Source of the DNA: a virus
Virus genome (UHGV): UHGV-0208856
Length of the DNA: 55,786 nt
Direction: 5' to 3' (one strand)
Both the position numbers and the translations under genes were made by a program. Of the stretch, positions 1 to 10,575 are shown in pieces. A model generated the notes under the pieces. It worked only from the letters and a program-made list of their open reading frames with translations. It made no database searches and was not told the origin of the DNA. Every line of letters begins with the position of its first letter. Position 1 is the stretch's first letter.

Positions 1-18
1 GAGAAGGGAGCGGCATAT

Positions 19-741
19 ATGGCAACACCGCTTTTGCGCGTACTGAACGCTTGTCAGCAGTATGTAGAAGATGACCCGATGTATGACCTCATCGGCACAG
101 ATTTCCCGCTTTTCGCGGCGAAAATGGCGGAGCATTTCCTCACAGCCGCCGCACTGTTTACCGTGCCGTCGAATATGCCGCAATACCTTTTCGGCACTGA
201 CGACAAGCCCAAATTTACCGACCCCGAATACACGGAGCAAGGCTACGCGCTTCCCGCCGATGAAGCAGAAGGCGAAACAGAGTTTACCGTCGATACGGCG
301 CTCACTGGCTACGACCTCGCTTCCGTGCGGCTTATAGGCATAGACGATGACGGCGACCCGCTCGACACTCCACTCAAATGCGCATACGACGGGCAGACAC
401 TGACCGTGTACGCAACGGGGCTGAAAAAGGGCGATATGCTCAACATCGACTACTATAAAGACGGCGAATTTGCGGAAACGCTTTCCCGCGACATCATCAA
501 CATTCTTGCAATGTGCTTTCAAGTGCATTGGCAGGACAGATTCAACACGAACTGGCTCGATCTGCGTCCGGGCGTTGAGGACAAGTCCTTCTTTGTGCAG
601 AACCGCGCGAACAAAGAGAACGCCGACACGAACCGCCTTGAATCGCTCATGCGCAAGCTGGCGGGCGAAATGCGCAGATACGAGCAAAGCATAGCGATAA
701 AGCAAACCGTTCCGCAGGGGACTATCCCGCCTGTCGGATAA
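19..741 (+). CDS. Putative virion protein (head-tail adaptor/completion position)
   Basis: 240-aa ORF with SD (aagggag) upstream; first gene of the + strand morphogenesis block. Function inferred from position only. Confidence 0.5.
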   Translation: MATPLLRVLNACQQYVEDDPMYDLIGTDFPLFAAKMAEHFLTAAALFTVPSNMPQYLFGTDDKPKFTDPEYTEQGYALPADEAEGETEFTVDTALTGYDLASVRLIGIDDDGDPLDTPLKCAYDGQTLTVYATGLKKGDMLNIDYYKDGEFAETLSRDIINILAMCFQVHWQDRFNTNWLDLRPGVEDKSFFVQNRANKENADTNRLESLMRKLAGEMRRYEQSIAIKQTVPQGTIPPVG

Positions 742-786
742 AGTACAAAACACCACCAAACACAACGAAAGGAAGCAAAAAAGAAG

Positions 787-1446
787 ATGAACGAAAACAC
801 TTCCAACCCCTTTGTTATCACCGAAGAAACCGTCGCCGAAGCAACAACCTACCTTACGCTTGCCGACAAGCTCGGCATTGCACGCGGCATAGCCGAAGAA
901 AGCATCGAGGACAACCTCAACGACACGCAGAACGAATCCGCACGGAGCGTTATACCGACCCTGCCGCGGCTGAAAGTCTGCAACCTTGCGCTCATGCGTT
1001 CCTCACTTCTGCTTGTCCTGCTGACGAAGTATCTGCACATCGACATCCCGAACAAGATAAGCTCCGACACACTTGATTATTACGCTTCCGCACACCCCGT
1101 GAATCAGCTTCAACGATTCAAGTCGCTCGGCGAACGAAATGTCAAAGACATTGCTTTCGATATCGTCAACGACTGGCGCGAACTCTGCAAGATCACCGAA
1201 AACGAGGTAAACAGCATACTCGCCGCCGAAAACGATACGCTTGCAAGGCTCGGCGCAACAATGGCGCTCTTTGCAACACCCGAAAATGTCAAGTCGATGT
1301 TCGGAGAGCTGCAAGCGACCGCTGCGCAATTCGCCGATACCGCCGAAAAGGCGCAGACAAAAAGAGCGGAGATTGCCGAAACGGTGAAAAAGAGCAAAGA
1401 GAGCGGCGCAAAACCCGCAGAAACAGAGAACGACAGCAAGGAGTAA
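787..1446 (+). CDS. Hypothetical protein in morphogenesis module (possible assembly chaperone)
   Basis: 219-aa ORF, SD aaggaag upstream, packed in the operon; no motif recognised. Confidence 0.5.
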   Translation: MNENTSNPFVITEETVAEATTYLTLADKLGIARGIAEESIEDNLNDTQNESARSVIPTLPRLKVCNLALMRSSLLLVLLTKYLHIDIPNKISSDTLDYYASAHPVNQLQRFKSLGERNVKDIAFDIVNDWRELCKITENEVNSILAAENDTLARLGATMALFATPENVKSMFGELQATAAQFADTAEKAQTKRAEIAETVKKSKESGAKPAETENDSKE

Positions 1447-1452
1447 AAGCGG

Positions 1453-2172
1453 ATGACGGTTGATACAAAATCGCAATGGTATCCGTACAAGCGGGTACAG
1501 GACGCATATTTTGACCTTTCGACTTCCGTAAATCTGCCGCGTAAAATCTGCGACTATCTTATCGACGCGCCGAAAGGCGAATACACCCCCGCCGATGACA
1601 ACACACATTCCCGCGTCCGCCTGTGGAAATACCTTTTTTACGACGGCGCGAAGCCGCTAAACGAACCGCTCCCCACCATCGAGGAAAAAATGTCCGTCGT
1701 TTTCGACCCCGAACATCCCACCGACCCGCCGACCGAAAGAGGCTATCGGCTTGTACCGCAAGTCTTTGTCCGGCAAGCACAGACCGTAGCGCAGACGAGA
1801 ATCATGTGCTACATGGGGCGCACGGTGCCGTCGAACGACGAACTGAAAATATCACTGTCCGTTGTTTTCTACATATGGACACACTACCAACAGGAGCTTA
1901 ACACCCAAAGCGACGCTTATTCGCGGTGTTTTGCCATAGAGCAAGCGCTTATAGAATCCCTGCATGGCGTAAATATGGACGGTGTAGGCACATTCTTCTT
2001 TACAAAGTCAAAACATCCCGACTGCGGAAGTCGAACGATATTTGACGGCGAATCGAATGTCGGCAGAGAACTGACAATCGCGCTTGAAATCGCCACCGCC
2101 GCAACGGGCGGGTCTACCGAATGGAGCAATATGCCATTCTTCACGCCCGACGGCGGCATACGAATCCCTTAA
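1453..2172 (+). CDS. Putative tail completion/terminator-type virion protein
   Basis: 239-aa ORF with SD aaggag; size and position typical of neck/tail-completion genes. Function is inference. Confidence 0.45.
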   Translation: MTVDTKSQWYPYKRVQDAYFDLSTSVNLPRKICDYLIDAPKGEYTPADDNTHSRVRLWKYLFYDGAKPLNEPLPTIEEKMSVVFDPEHPTDPPTERGYRLVPQVFVRQAQTVAQTRIMCYMGRTVPSNDELKISLSVVFYIWTHYQQELNTQSDAYSRCFAIEQALIESLHGVNMDGVGTFFFTKSKHPDCGSRTIFDGESNVGRELTIALEIATAATGGSTEWSNMPFFTPDGGIRIP

Positions 2173-2200
2173 TGCAAGCTTTTGCAAGAAAGGAGCAAAT

Positions 2201-2425
2201 ATGTACCTTAACATCCCGAATCAGAAGGGCATGATTGTCATTTCCCGCACGGAATACGAAGAAACGCTCAAAGCCCGGTACGAGGAAGGCGTGTCTGACG
2301 GCGTTAAAATCGCACAGGAAGCGCACAAGGCAAAAGCCAAGGTGACACTCGGCTCCGACGACAAACCCGTCACCATGCGGAACACAGTGCGCGAGGTGGG
2401 CAACAATGCCGAACAAGACGAGTAA
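2201..2425 (+). CDS. Small hypothetical protein (74 aa)
   Basis: ATG at 2201 preceded by a strong SD (gaaaggag); overlaps the start of the next gene. Confidence 0.55.
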   Translation: MYLNIPNQKGMIVISRTEYEETLKARYEEGVSDGVKIAQEAHKAKAKVTLGSDDKPVTMRNTVREVGNNAEQDE

Positions 2426-3749
2426 AGACTACGCACAAGCGATAAAAGTTTCTGCCGTAGCCGGAATAAACCCGCCGAAAACGAACGAACCCGCCGAATA
2501 CGGCGACAGGCGCAAGCAATATTTTGCGGGGCGCACACAGCGTTTTGTTTCCAAGCGCGCGCGTTACGCTTCCGACTATGTAAAGTGCGAAGCGCAGGGG
2601 CTGAAAAAGGACTTTTACGCATGGACGAAAACAACCGTCCGCCTGGCAGACATTACGCCCGCAACGGTCAACGCGACCCGCAAGGGCGATAACTACAAGG
2701 AAGTGCTTTTCGACGACCCGCGTTTCGATTATTTCCCGATCGGAGCAAAGCTGAAAACGATGGGAAGCGTATGGATTGCGACGAACCCGACGAACATTTC
2801 CTCGGTCAACGCGACCTCTGTTGTAGGACGTTGTACCACATCGTACAACTCATACGACGACTACGGAAACATAGTCGCCGAACCGCTTCTTATCGAGCAT
2901 TACGACGAATACGGCAACGCAAACTCAACGCCGCTGAACGAAGTCCTGCCTTACGGCAATTTCAAGGTCACGGCGCAGCTCAACGAGGTCACGCGGAGGC
3001 TCGGTCACAACAAGCGCATAATCCTCGGCTCAAAAGCGTTTCATATCACGGGCTGGAACGACTTCATGCAGGAGTTTTCGTGTGACCGCGACAGTGCGCA
3101 CCTTCTGACATTCTCCATCCGTCTGGACGAAATAAGCGAATACGATGACATGACGAATTTTATCGCCGACGGTCTTTCTCATAGCTTCATAGCCGAAGCG
3201 GACGATCTCCGACCACTGACCGTGGGCAAGACCACGCAAATCTCCCCGCGTTTCGTTCGGGACGGAAAAGTGCAGCAAAGCACAGAAATCTTCACTGTGT
3301 CGTGGTCTTTCGATTCAAGCAACACCACCGTTGCGACCATTTCGGCAGACGGCACGGTCACAGCCGTAGCGCCGGGACAAGCTACCATAACCGCAACGCT
3401 TGTGCAGAATCCTACCGTTTCGGTGGAAATAACCGTTACAGCCGTGGCGGCAAGCTCCAGCACGCGCTCCGTCGTATTCGACACGCCGTCGCCGCAAGGC
3501 ATACGGCAGTACACAAGCAAGACCTTCCGTGCGCAGGCGCTTCAAGGCGGAGAACCGTTTGACGGCGAAATCCGATACACATTTTCGGATATGCCCTCTA
3601 CGGCGTATTACGCGGCGCAGAACGCAGACGGGAGCATAACGGTGCAGTGTATTACCCCGTCCGACAAAAAGCTCATTTTGACGGCATTTTGCGCGTCGTG
3701 GGGCAATGAAATCACCGACGCCGTGGAAATATCACTTAACGGGTATTGA
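2406..3749 (+). CDS. Virion structural protein with an Ig-like (Big_2-type) domain
   Basis: 447 aa; SSNTTVATISADGTVTAVAPGQATITATL is a typical Big_2 signature; SD gaggtg. Confidence 0.7.
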   Translation: MPNKTSKDYAQAIKVSAVAGINPPKTNEPAEYGDRRKQYFAGRTQRFVSKRARYASDYVKCEAQGLKKDFYAWTKTTVRLADITPATVNATRKGDNYKEVLFDDPRFDYFPIGAKLKTMGSVWIATNPTNISSVNATSVVGRCTTSYNSYDDYGNIVAEPLLIEHYDEYGNANSTPLNEVLPYGNFKVTAQLNEVTRRLGHNKRIILGSKAFHITGWNDFMQEFSCDRDSAHLLTFSIRLDEISEYDDMTNFIADGLSHSFIAEADDLRPLTVGKTTQISPRFVRDGKVQQSTEIFTVSWSFDSSNTTVATISADGTVTAVAPGQATITATLVQNPTVSVEITVTAVAASSSTRSVVFDTPSPQGIRQYTSKTFRAQALQGGEPFDGEIRYTFSDMPSTAYYAAQNADGSITVQCITPSDKKLILTAFCASWGNEITDAVEISLNGY

Positions 3750-3751
3750 GA

Positions 3752-3961
3752 ATGAACGCATTTTGCCTTTACCAACACAGAACCGCTTCCGTTTCGTTCC
3801 TGCTTTGCAAGAAGCAGATGAAGGACGGCGTAAATTATGACGACAGACAAAACGCCGCTTCCGTGTGCTGCCTCCATCAGCACTATTGCCCCACAACGGG
3901 AAGGAACGAAAACACAGAAGAAGCACCGAAATGTATTCACCGCCGCAAGGCGGCAGAATAA
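3752..3961 (+). CDS. Small Cys-rich hypothetical protein
   Basis: About 69 aa with several Cys/His, fills the gap between two structural genes. Confidence 0.45.
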   Translation: MNAFCLYQHRTASVSFLLCKKQMKDGVNYDDRQNAASVCCLHQHYCPTTGRNENTEEAPKCIHRRKAAE

Positions 3962-3982
3962 ACCGTGGGGTGCAAAAAAAGA

Positions 3983-4807
3983 ATGAAAAACAACACCCCC
4001 GAAACACGCGCTGACCTCATCCGGCACGGAAAGCCCGTTCACGCGCTCGGACTTACCTTTTACCCCGTTCTCGTCGATGACTATGAAATTTATATCGACT
4101 GCGCCGATGCCTTAAAGTTACGGCTTGCGTCGCTCCCTGTGCGATACACTACCCTTGACTTTACTTCCGCGCTTTTCGCTGTCGAGATCGACCGCGTGAA
4201 AGTCGATGAATCCGTCGGCGGTGCGTTTTACCGTTTCATCCGTCTGCTCTATCTTTCGTTGCGGATTGTATATGAGCCGTCGGAAGTGATGGGGACGATA
4301 CTTGTACGGCGGGAAGAAGATCATATCCGTCTGGCGGGACTGCGGGTAACACAGAACGGGAAAACAGTTACACTGTCGCCCTCGGAACTGTCCTTCGAAG
4401 TGCGACAGCTTATCGCCGAACAGAACGGTGCGGAGTTACCCGATGAAAGCGTAAACATCGACCTTGTGCGCGACTATGAAGAATTGAAAAAGATGAACGC
4501 GCAGAAGGAACCGCAGCTCAACGTATCAATGCCCGACCTTATCGCTTCTGTCGCGTATCTTTCGCATTTGCGAGAAACCGACATCTACGGATGGACGGTT
4601 GCGGAATTTGAACGACGGGTACGCGCAATAGACCGCGACAAGCTCTACATGATATACGCGACTGCGGAATCAAGCGGGTTTGTGACCTTCAAAAGCGGAA
4701 ATCCCGTGCCGTCATGGCGATATGACCCCAAGGACAACAACATTTTCGGCACCGTTTCGGGCAAAGACATGGAAGCAAAACTGAACGGTGTACAAGCAAA
4801 ACAATAA
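3983..4807 (+). CDS. Hypothetical tail-associated protein (possible chaperone)
   Basis: About 274-aa ORF immediately before the major tail gene. Confidence 0.55.
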   Translation: MKNNTPETRADLIRHGKPVHALGLTFYPVLVDDYEIYIDCADALKLRLASLPVRYTTLDFTSALFAVEIDRVKVDESVGGAFYRFIRLLYLSLRIVYEPSEVMGTILVRREEDHIRLAGLRVTQNGKTVTLSPSELSFEVRQLIAEQNGAELPDESVNIDLVRDYEELKKMNAQKEPQLNVSMPDLIASVAYLSHLRETDIYGWTVAEFERRVRAIDRDKLYMIYATAESSGFVTFKSGNPVPSWRYDPKDNNIFGTVSGKDMEAKLNGVQAKQ

Positions 4808-4825
4808 GAAAGGATTTTTCACAAT

Positions 4826-5941
4826 ATGAACGCAATCGTACTCGGCAGAAGCGACCTTTTTGTAAAGGGCATTGCTTCTCAGACCTTCCGCGACAGCAAC
4901 GGCAACATCGTCGGCTTCGACAAGATCGCTTCCGATTCCGCCGTTGCAACCTCCCTCAATCTCCAAGAGATCGCGGGCGGTATCGGCAACAAGCTTTTCG
5001 GTATGCTTCCCGACACCTTCCGCATGACGGGTACATACACCTCGCAAGCGTTTTCGCTTGAAACCCGTCGCCTTATCACAGGCGGCAAGCTCGGCTACAA
5101 CGGAATCTCGATGGTTTGTGAGCAAGTCACCGCGGCTGCCAACAAGCTGACCATCACCGGCACCGCCGTGAAGTATTACACCCAACCCGCAAGCGACGAA
5201 AACCCGCTGTGCTATGTCAAGCAGAGCGGCGCAAGCGAGTACATGGGTACTGCGTACTTTGTCGTTGACGGCGTTGTTACCGACGCTTCCGGCACAGCCT
5301 TTGCGGCTAACACCGGCTCTGTCTACGAGGTATTTTACCCCGTACAGAACGCTTCCGCACAAGAGCTTGCCATCGGTGACACCTCAAACCCGCCCGTTGT
5401 TTCCGTCGAACAGAAATACGGCGTGTACAAGATGCAGGGCGGCTCGACCGAAAACGGCACCTTCTACGGCTGGATGCACATTATAGTCCCGAAGGCTATC
5501 CTCACGGGCGACGCGGGCGTAAGCGCTAACGCAACCACGCTCGGGACGACCTCCGGCAACTGGACAGCCATCACCGACGGCGAAGATGCGCTTTCCTGCA
5601 CTTCCTGTGTCGGCGCGCAGAACATGGCGTTTTATGTCATCGTTCCCTGCGCTTCCGCTGTTTCCGAAGTGTCCTCTCTCGGCATTATCGGCGGCGGCGT
5701 GAGCGTAAAAGTCAACAGCTCCGTGCAAATGCCTGTTGTCTACATCATGCCCGACGGAAGCACCGCGCAGCCCGTCTACACCGCTATGACCTATGTTTCT
5801 GCTGCGACTGCAACCGCCACGGTAAGCGACAGCGGTCTTATTCAAGGCAAAGCGGCAGGCAACACCACCGTTACCGCAACGCTGACAAAGGACGGCGGAA
5901 AGACGCTCACCGCCGTCTGCAACGTGACCGTCACCGCGTAA
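4826..5941 (+). CDS. Major tail tube protein with C-terminal Ig-like domain
   Basis: 371 aa, G/T/A/V-rich, SD gaaagga, C-terminal Big_2-like segment (ATATVSDSGLIQGKAAGNTTVTAT); upstream of the tape measure gene. Confidence 0.7.
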   Translation: MNAIVLGRSDLFVKGIASQTFRDSNGNIVGFDKIASDSAVATSLNLQEIAGGIGNKLFGMLPDTFRMTGTYTSQAFSLETRRLITGGKLGYNGISMVCEQVTAAANKLTITGTAVKYYTQPASDENPLCYVKQSGASEYMGTAYFVVDGVVTDASGTAFAANTGSVYEVFYPVQNASAQELAIGDTSNPPVVSVEQKYGVYKMQGGSTENGTFYGWMHIIVPKAILTGDAGVSANATTLGTTSGNWTAITDGEDALSCTSCVGAQNMAFYVIVPCASAVSEVSSLGIIGGGVSVKVNSSVQMPVVYIMPDGSTAQPVYTAMTYVSAATATATVSDSGLIQGKAAGNTTVTATLTKDGGKTLTAVCNVTVTA

Positions 5942-5957
5942 GAATCTTTCACACTAT

Positions 5958-5998
5958 GGGCAAGCTGTCAAGCAGGGCGGCTTGCCCTATTCCAAAAA
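5958..5998 (+). terminator. GC-rich stem-loop after the major tail gene
   Basis: gggcaagctgtc ... ggcggcttgccc inverted repeat just after the stop codon; weak U-tract, so possibly an attenuator or stabiliser. Confidence 0.4.
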
Positions 5999-6011
5999 AG
6001 GCGGTGTTTTC

Positions 6012-6542
6012 GTGGGATTTTTTGATGTGAAAATGACACAAGTCGGCTCTGTCGAAACCGAACTGAAAGCAGAGTGCGGCGAAATAGGCAAGAAGATTCC
6101 TTTCGCATTGCAGGAGGTTGGCGAAAGGATGCGCGGCTCGTTGATGGAGCATATCGCCCGCGACTGGTATCAGCAATGGAAGCCGTCGAAATATGAGCGC
6201 AGGACGGACAATCCTCAATACGGTACGCCGATAGGCGACCCGTTAAACATGGATTTGCACATTAGCCAAAATACACTTGTTTTCGATTATCAGCCGTCAC
6301 GACAGCACGCGCTTTATTCACCATTGAGCCGATCTTCCGACGACCTTATACAATCCATACAAGACGGCACGGTCGCAAAGAACGCGCCCCCGCGCCCGTT
6401 TTGGGACAATTTCGTGCGGGAGCAGGAGAACGAAACCATAATGTCAACTCTCAAACGCGCAATGCAGCCGTATGAAATCATCGACAGCGGCGAAAGAATA
6501 GACCTTTCCACATACTATTTAGAATCCGACAGCGAGGCTTAA
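6012..6542 (+). CDS. Putative neck/tail-completion protein (HK97 gp10-like)
   Basis: GTG start with SD aaggcggtg; YERR and PPRPFW motifs recall gp10-like proteins. Confidence 0.5.
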   Translation: MGFFDVKMTQVGSVETELKAECGEIGKKIPFALQEVGERMRGSLMEHIARDWYQQWKPSKYERRTDNPQYGTPIGDPLNMDLHISQNTLVFDYQPSRQHALYSPLSRSSDDLIQSIQDGTVAKNAPPRPFWDNFVREQENETIMSTLKRAMQPYEIIDSGERIDLSTYYLESDSEA

Positions 6543-6543
6543 T

Positions 6544-9500
6544 ATGGCACAAATAAAACTTGATGTAACCGTAAATACCCAAAATGCCAATACACAAATA
6601 AAAGCTCTCAACGGGCAGATAAAGTCCCTTGCAAATTCGTTGAGCAGCATAAAGCCCAACAAGAATCTGACCGCACAGCTTAACGCCCTCGCAAAGGCTC
6701 TGAACGCTTCCGCAAAGTCCATGAACGCGCAGACGAAGGCGGAGAAGAACCATGCAAAGCAGCTCAAAAGCGTCACCGAGGCGGGCAAAAAAGCCACAAA
6801 GACCACAAAAGACCGCACGAAAGCGGTAAAAGACAGCACCGCCGCCAACGAGAAGCACACGCAAAGTATTCTCTCAATGGCAAAAGGCTTTCTTTCGTGG
6901 CAAGTGGCGGCTACCGTTGTTATGCAGGCAATCAATCTTGTGCGCAGCGGGCTTGAATCTCTCAACGAAACGCTTGTAAACACCGAAAAGGCGACGATAG
7001 AAATCACCCGTATTCTCAACGAGAACATATCTGACCAAGAAGTCGCAAGCAAACTGTACGACCTCGCGGAAAAATACGGGCAGACCTTTGAGAATATCAG
7101 CGAAATCGCGACAAATTTCGCTCGGGCTGGCTATGAGTGGACGGATGTTATGAAGCTTGCCGAGGGCGCGGTTCTCGCTCTCAATGTTGCCGAACTTGAT
7201 GCAACACAGGCTTCCGACGGGCTTATAGCCATTCTCAAACAGTTTAAGCTCCCCGTTGAAGAAATATACGGCGTTGTGGATATGCTCAACAAGCAAGCAG
7301 ACAACGCGCCCGTGTCAACCGAAAAGCTTCTGCTTGCGCTTCAAAAGGCGGGTTCTTACGCCGACCAAGCGAACCTTTCTCTGAAAGAAACCGTGGCGAT
7401 TATCACGGCTCTTTCAGGCGCAACGAACGCAAGCGGTCAGCAGCTCGGTACGGCGGTTAAGTCGTTGCTTGCATACACCACAAAAAGCGGTTCGCTTGAT
7501 GTATATGCTTCTCTGTCGGACCGTATGGCGGCTATTGTTGCGGAATACCGCAAGGGCGCGGCTTCCATACTCGATGTATGGCAAGGGCTGTCAGACGAAA
7601 TAAACCATCTCACGGCGGAGCAGGCGGACAAGCTTGCCGAATACGCCGAAAGCGATATAGGCTCGACCCTTGAATCCGCGCTGTCCGAGGAAATGGGCGA
7701 AATCTACAACAGTATGACGGGCGTATACGATACGGCGGGTACATACCGTAAAAACTTCTTCATAGCCCTCATGAAGAACATGGATGATGTCAAAGAATCC
7801 ATGCAAACGCTCGATTCCTACGCGGGCTATTCCGCCGCCGAAAACCTCAAACAGCTCAACACATACGAAGCAAGAGTAAACTCTCTTAAAGCGCAATGGC
7901 AAAAGCTTGCCAACGATGAGCAAGGCGTTCTCGCGCTGAAAAAAGACCTTGTGGAAGTGGGTTCGGCGGCTCTTGATGTCGTGGACAAGCTCGGCGGCAT
8001 AAGTACGATATTGACCTTCCTCGGCGTTCTCGGTGGTGAGATTCTGGCGGGCGTGCTTGTGAAGGGAACAATCAAGTTTGTGCAGACTATCAAGCTTGCC
8101 GCAACAGCCTCCAAGACGGCAGCGGCGGCGGCGCTGGCGCACAAAGAAATGGTGGATGCCGAGGGTAACGCGGCGCTTTCCACAGCCGCAAAGACGGAAA
8201 TCGCGACAAAGGCGACAAACGCACAAGCGGCGGCGGACAAAGCGGCAGCAGCGGCGGCAACGCTGAAAAACGCGGTGATGACGGCGGGCATTGCTATACT
8301 CACCACGCTTGTTGCGGCGCTTGTGACATCTGTTATAAAGCAACGCGAAGAAATGCAAGCGGGCGCGAAAGCCGCGGAAGAATTTGCCGAAAGCGTTGAA
8401 TTTGCCAACAAGCAAATTGAAGAATCACGCACGAGCGCTATGGGGCAAATCGTTGTTTACGAGGACTTGCTTGATGTTTATGATGAACTCAACGGCAAGG
8501 AAAAGCTCGATGCCCAAGAACGCGAAAGACTTGCAGCCACGGTTGAAAAACTGCAACAGAAATTCGGGGATATGGGATTTGTCCTCGACCAAGAAACGGG
8601 CAAGTGGACAGGCAATACCGAAGCGATTCGCGAAAACATAAAGTCGCGAAAAGCGCAGATAGAGCTTGAATATGAGCAAAAACGCGCATCGCAAGCCTAC
8701 GAAACTATTCAACAGACTTTTGAAAATTCTGGTTACGGAAGCCGCGAAGAACTCAAAGACGCTTTGAACGCTGCGATTGTGAGATATAACAAGGCAGTAA
8801 AGGCAGTCAGAAGGGCGAGAAAAGGCAGAAAAGGCAAAATAGCGGCAACCGCCGGGGAGAAAGACGAAGCAAAAGCCGAGCTTGACAAGCTGAAAACCTA
8901 TATGAATGAGCTTGACAAAGCGCAGGCTATCTATGACGCATGGATAAACGGCGAGGATGAAGCCACAAAGAGCCTCGGCGGGTTCAACGGCGGTTTGAAA
9001 ACCACCGTCACGCTTGCCAAGGATGTTCTTGCCGCGCTCAAAGCCCAACGCTCCGAACTGGAAGAACAAGAAAAGCTTCAAGACAAGCAGAACGCCCTGC
9101 TCAAAGCGCAAAAAGAGCTTGAAGAAGCCATCGCGAAAGCAAAGCGCGAATACATTCTCTCGGTGCTTGAAGATTATCTCGACAAGCTCGAAACCGCCGC
9201 AACGCTCGAAGAAAAGCAGAACGCCATCATTGAAGCCCGCAAGGAGCTGCAAGAAGCGGCGGAAAAGGCGAAGCGCGATGCCATTATTGCCGCGCTGAAA
9301 GCCGAACAGGAGCAGCAGGACGCGGCTCTCACGCTCGAAGAAAAGCGCCTTGCCGTGGAAGAAGCCCGACAAGCCCTGCTTTCCGCAAAGCAGGAGCGGG
9401 ACAACCTCGTTTACAATGCCGCTTCCGACCAATGGGAGTGGCAGGAAAATCAGAAAACCCGCAAGCAGAACACCGAAAAGCTGAACGATGCCATCGAAAA

Positions 9501-10554
9501 GCTTGACGAATATCTCGAAAAGCAAGCGTGGGATGAAATCATACAAGCCGTTGAGGACGGAAAGTATTCCCCGCAGGAAATCGAGGAAATTCTGTCGCGA
9601 TGGGCGAACCTCGGCGAAAACAAAAACCCGCAATGGGCGCAGTCGATACGCTCCACCATAAAGAGCTTTGAAAACTATGTGCCGTCGGAATCCGACCTCG
9701 AAAGCGCGACCTCAAAAGTCACAAGCGCAATCAAAAGTCTGAACGACTTTCTCAAAAATCAAGCCATCGCGGAACTGAAAGATGCCATAAACAGCGGCAA
9801 CGCTTCAAGCGGCAATGTCAACGCCATACTCGCGAAATGGCTCGGCAAGGGCGAGGGCGCGGAAATATGGCAATGGGGAAGCGATGTTGCTTCAAAAATC
9901 GCGCAGGCGGTCGCAAGCGGCTATTACGACCAAAGCTCCGTTGCTTCTGCGCGTGAAAAGGTCGCTACGGCGCAATCCGCGCTTACCGAATACTTTACAA
10001 GCCGCTTGTGGGATGAAGTCCTCGCCGCGCTTGAAAAGGCAAAGGACGGCGGCGTGCCGTATGACACTATAAACGCCATCGTCAAGAAGTACCGCGAACT
10101 CGGTGCGGATTCTTCCGTCATCAACACCGTGCTGAAACAATTCGGCAACAAGAACTCCACCGTCAGCGGCGGCAAGCATATGCCGGGTGCTTCAAACGAC
10201 CGCTCCAATATGCTCTACGACGAGGGCGGCGTGCTTAACGGCACGGGCGGTATAAAGGCGTGTACGGAGGATGAAATCGTTCTCCCGCCGTCCATTGCGA
10301 AGCGCATACTCAACCCGACGGCAAACGCTCAATTCCGCGACTTCACCTCGGCGATCGGCGCGTTGTTTGACAACGCTTCCGTAGTGAAGCACCTCGGAAA
10401 TAAGCAGGGGGTCATCACAAACATCGGGAACACGGACAACAGCAACAGAAGCACGCAATACTATGTCAACGGCGTGCCGATTCCCGCAAGCGCGGCAGAA
10501 CGCTACACTATCAAGGAGCTTTTCGGCGCTATGCCGCTTGCAAAGAGCAAGTAA
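6544..10554 (+). CDS. Tail tape measure protein
   Basis: 1336 aa, Ala/Lys/Glu-rich helical protein with a TP901-type core (ATNFARAG...ALNVAELDA...LQKAGS) and hydrophobic segments. Confidence 0.9.
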   Translation: MAQIKLDVTVNTQNANTQIKALNGQIKSLANSLSSIKPNKNLTAQLNALAKALNASAKSMNAQTKAEKNHAKQLKSVTEAGKKATKTTKDRTKAVKDSTAANEKHTQSILSMAKGFLSWQVAATVVMQAINLVRSGLESLNETLVNTEKATIEITRILNENISDQEVASKLYDLAEKYGQTFENISEIATNFARAGYEWTDVMKLAEGAVLALNVAELDATQASDGLIAILKQFKLPVEEIYGVVDMLNKQADNAPVSTEKLLLALQKAGSYADQANLSLKETVAIITALSGATNASGQQLGTAVKSLLAYTTKSGSLDVYASLSDRMAAIVAEYRKGAASILDVWQGLSDEINHLTAEQADKLAEYAESDIGSTLESALSEEMGEIYNSMTGVYDTAGTYRKNFFIALMKNMDDVKESMQTLDSYAGYSAAENLKQLNTYEARVNSLKAQWQKLANDEQGVLALKKDLVEVGSAALDVVDKLGGISTILTFLGVLGGEILAGVLVKGTIKFVQTIKLAATASKTAAAAALAHKEMVDAEGNAALSTAAKTEIATKATNAQAAADKAAAAAATLKNAVMTAGIAILTTLVAALVTSVIKQREEMQAGAKAAEEFAESVEFANKQIEESRTSAMGQIVVYEDLLDVYDELNGKEKLDAQERERLAATVEKLQQKFGDMGFVLDQETGKWTGNTEAIRENIKSRKAQIELEYEQKRASQAYETIQQTFENSGYGSREELKDALNAAIVRYNKAVKAVRRARKGRKGKIAATAGEKDEAKAELDKLKTYMNELDKAQAIYDAWINGEDEATKSLGGFNGGLKTTVTLAKDVLAALKAQRSELEEQEKLQDKQNALLKAQKELEEAIAKAKREYILSVLEDYLDKLETAATLEEKQNAIIEARKELQEAAEKAKRDAIIAALKAEQEQQDAALTLEEKRLAVEEARQALLSAKQERDNLVYNAASDQWEWQENQKTRKQNTEKLNDAIEKLDEYLEKQAWDEIIQAVEDGKYSPQEIEEILSRWANLGENKNPQWAQSIRSTIKSFENYVPSESDLESATSKVTSAIKSLNDFLKNQAIAELKDAINSGNASSGNVNAILAKWLGKGEGAEIWQWGSDVASKIAQAVASGYYDQSSVASAREKVATAQSALTEYFTSRLWDEVLAALEKAKDGGVPYDTINAIVKKYRELGADSSVINTVLKQFGNKNSTVSGGKHMPGASNDRSNMLYDEGGVLNGTGGIKACTEDEIVLPPSIAKRILNPTANAQFRDFTSAIGALFDNASVVKHLGNKQGVITNIGNTDNSNRSTQYYVNGVPIPASAAERYTIKELFGAMPLAKSK

Positions 10555-10575
10555 CAAGGAGGATAAAACAAGAAT

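Noticed and set aside
5941..6544. Tail-chaperone programmed frameshift before the tape measure gene
   Set aside because: Only one ORF lies here, with no convincing slippery heptamer and overlapping second frame.
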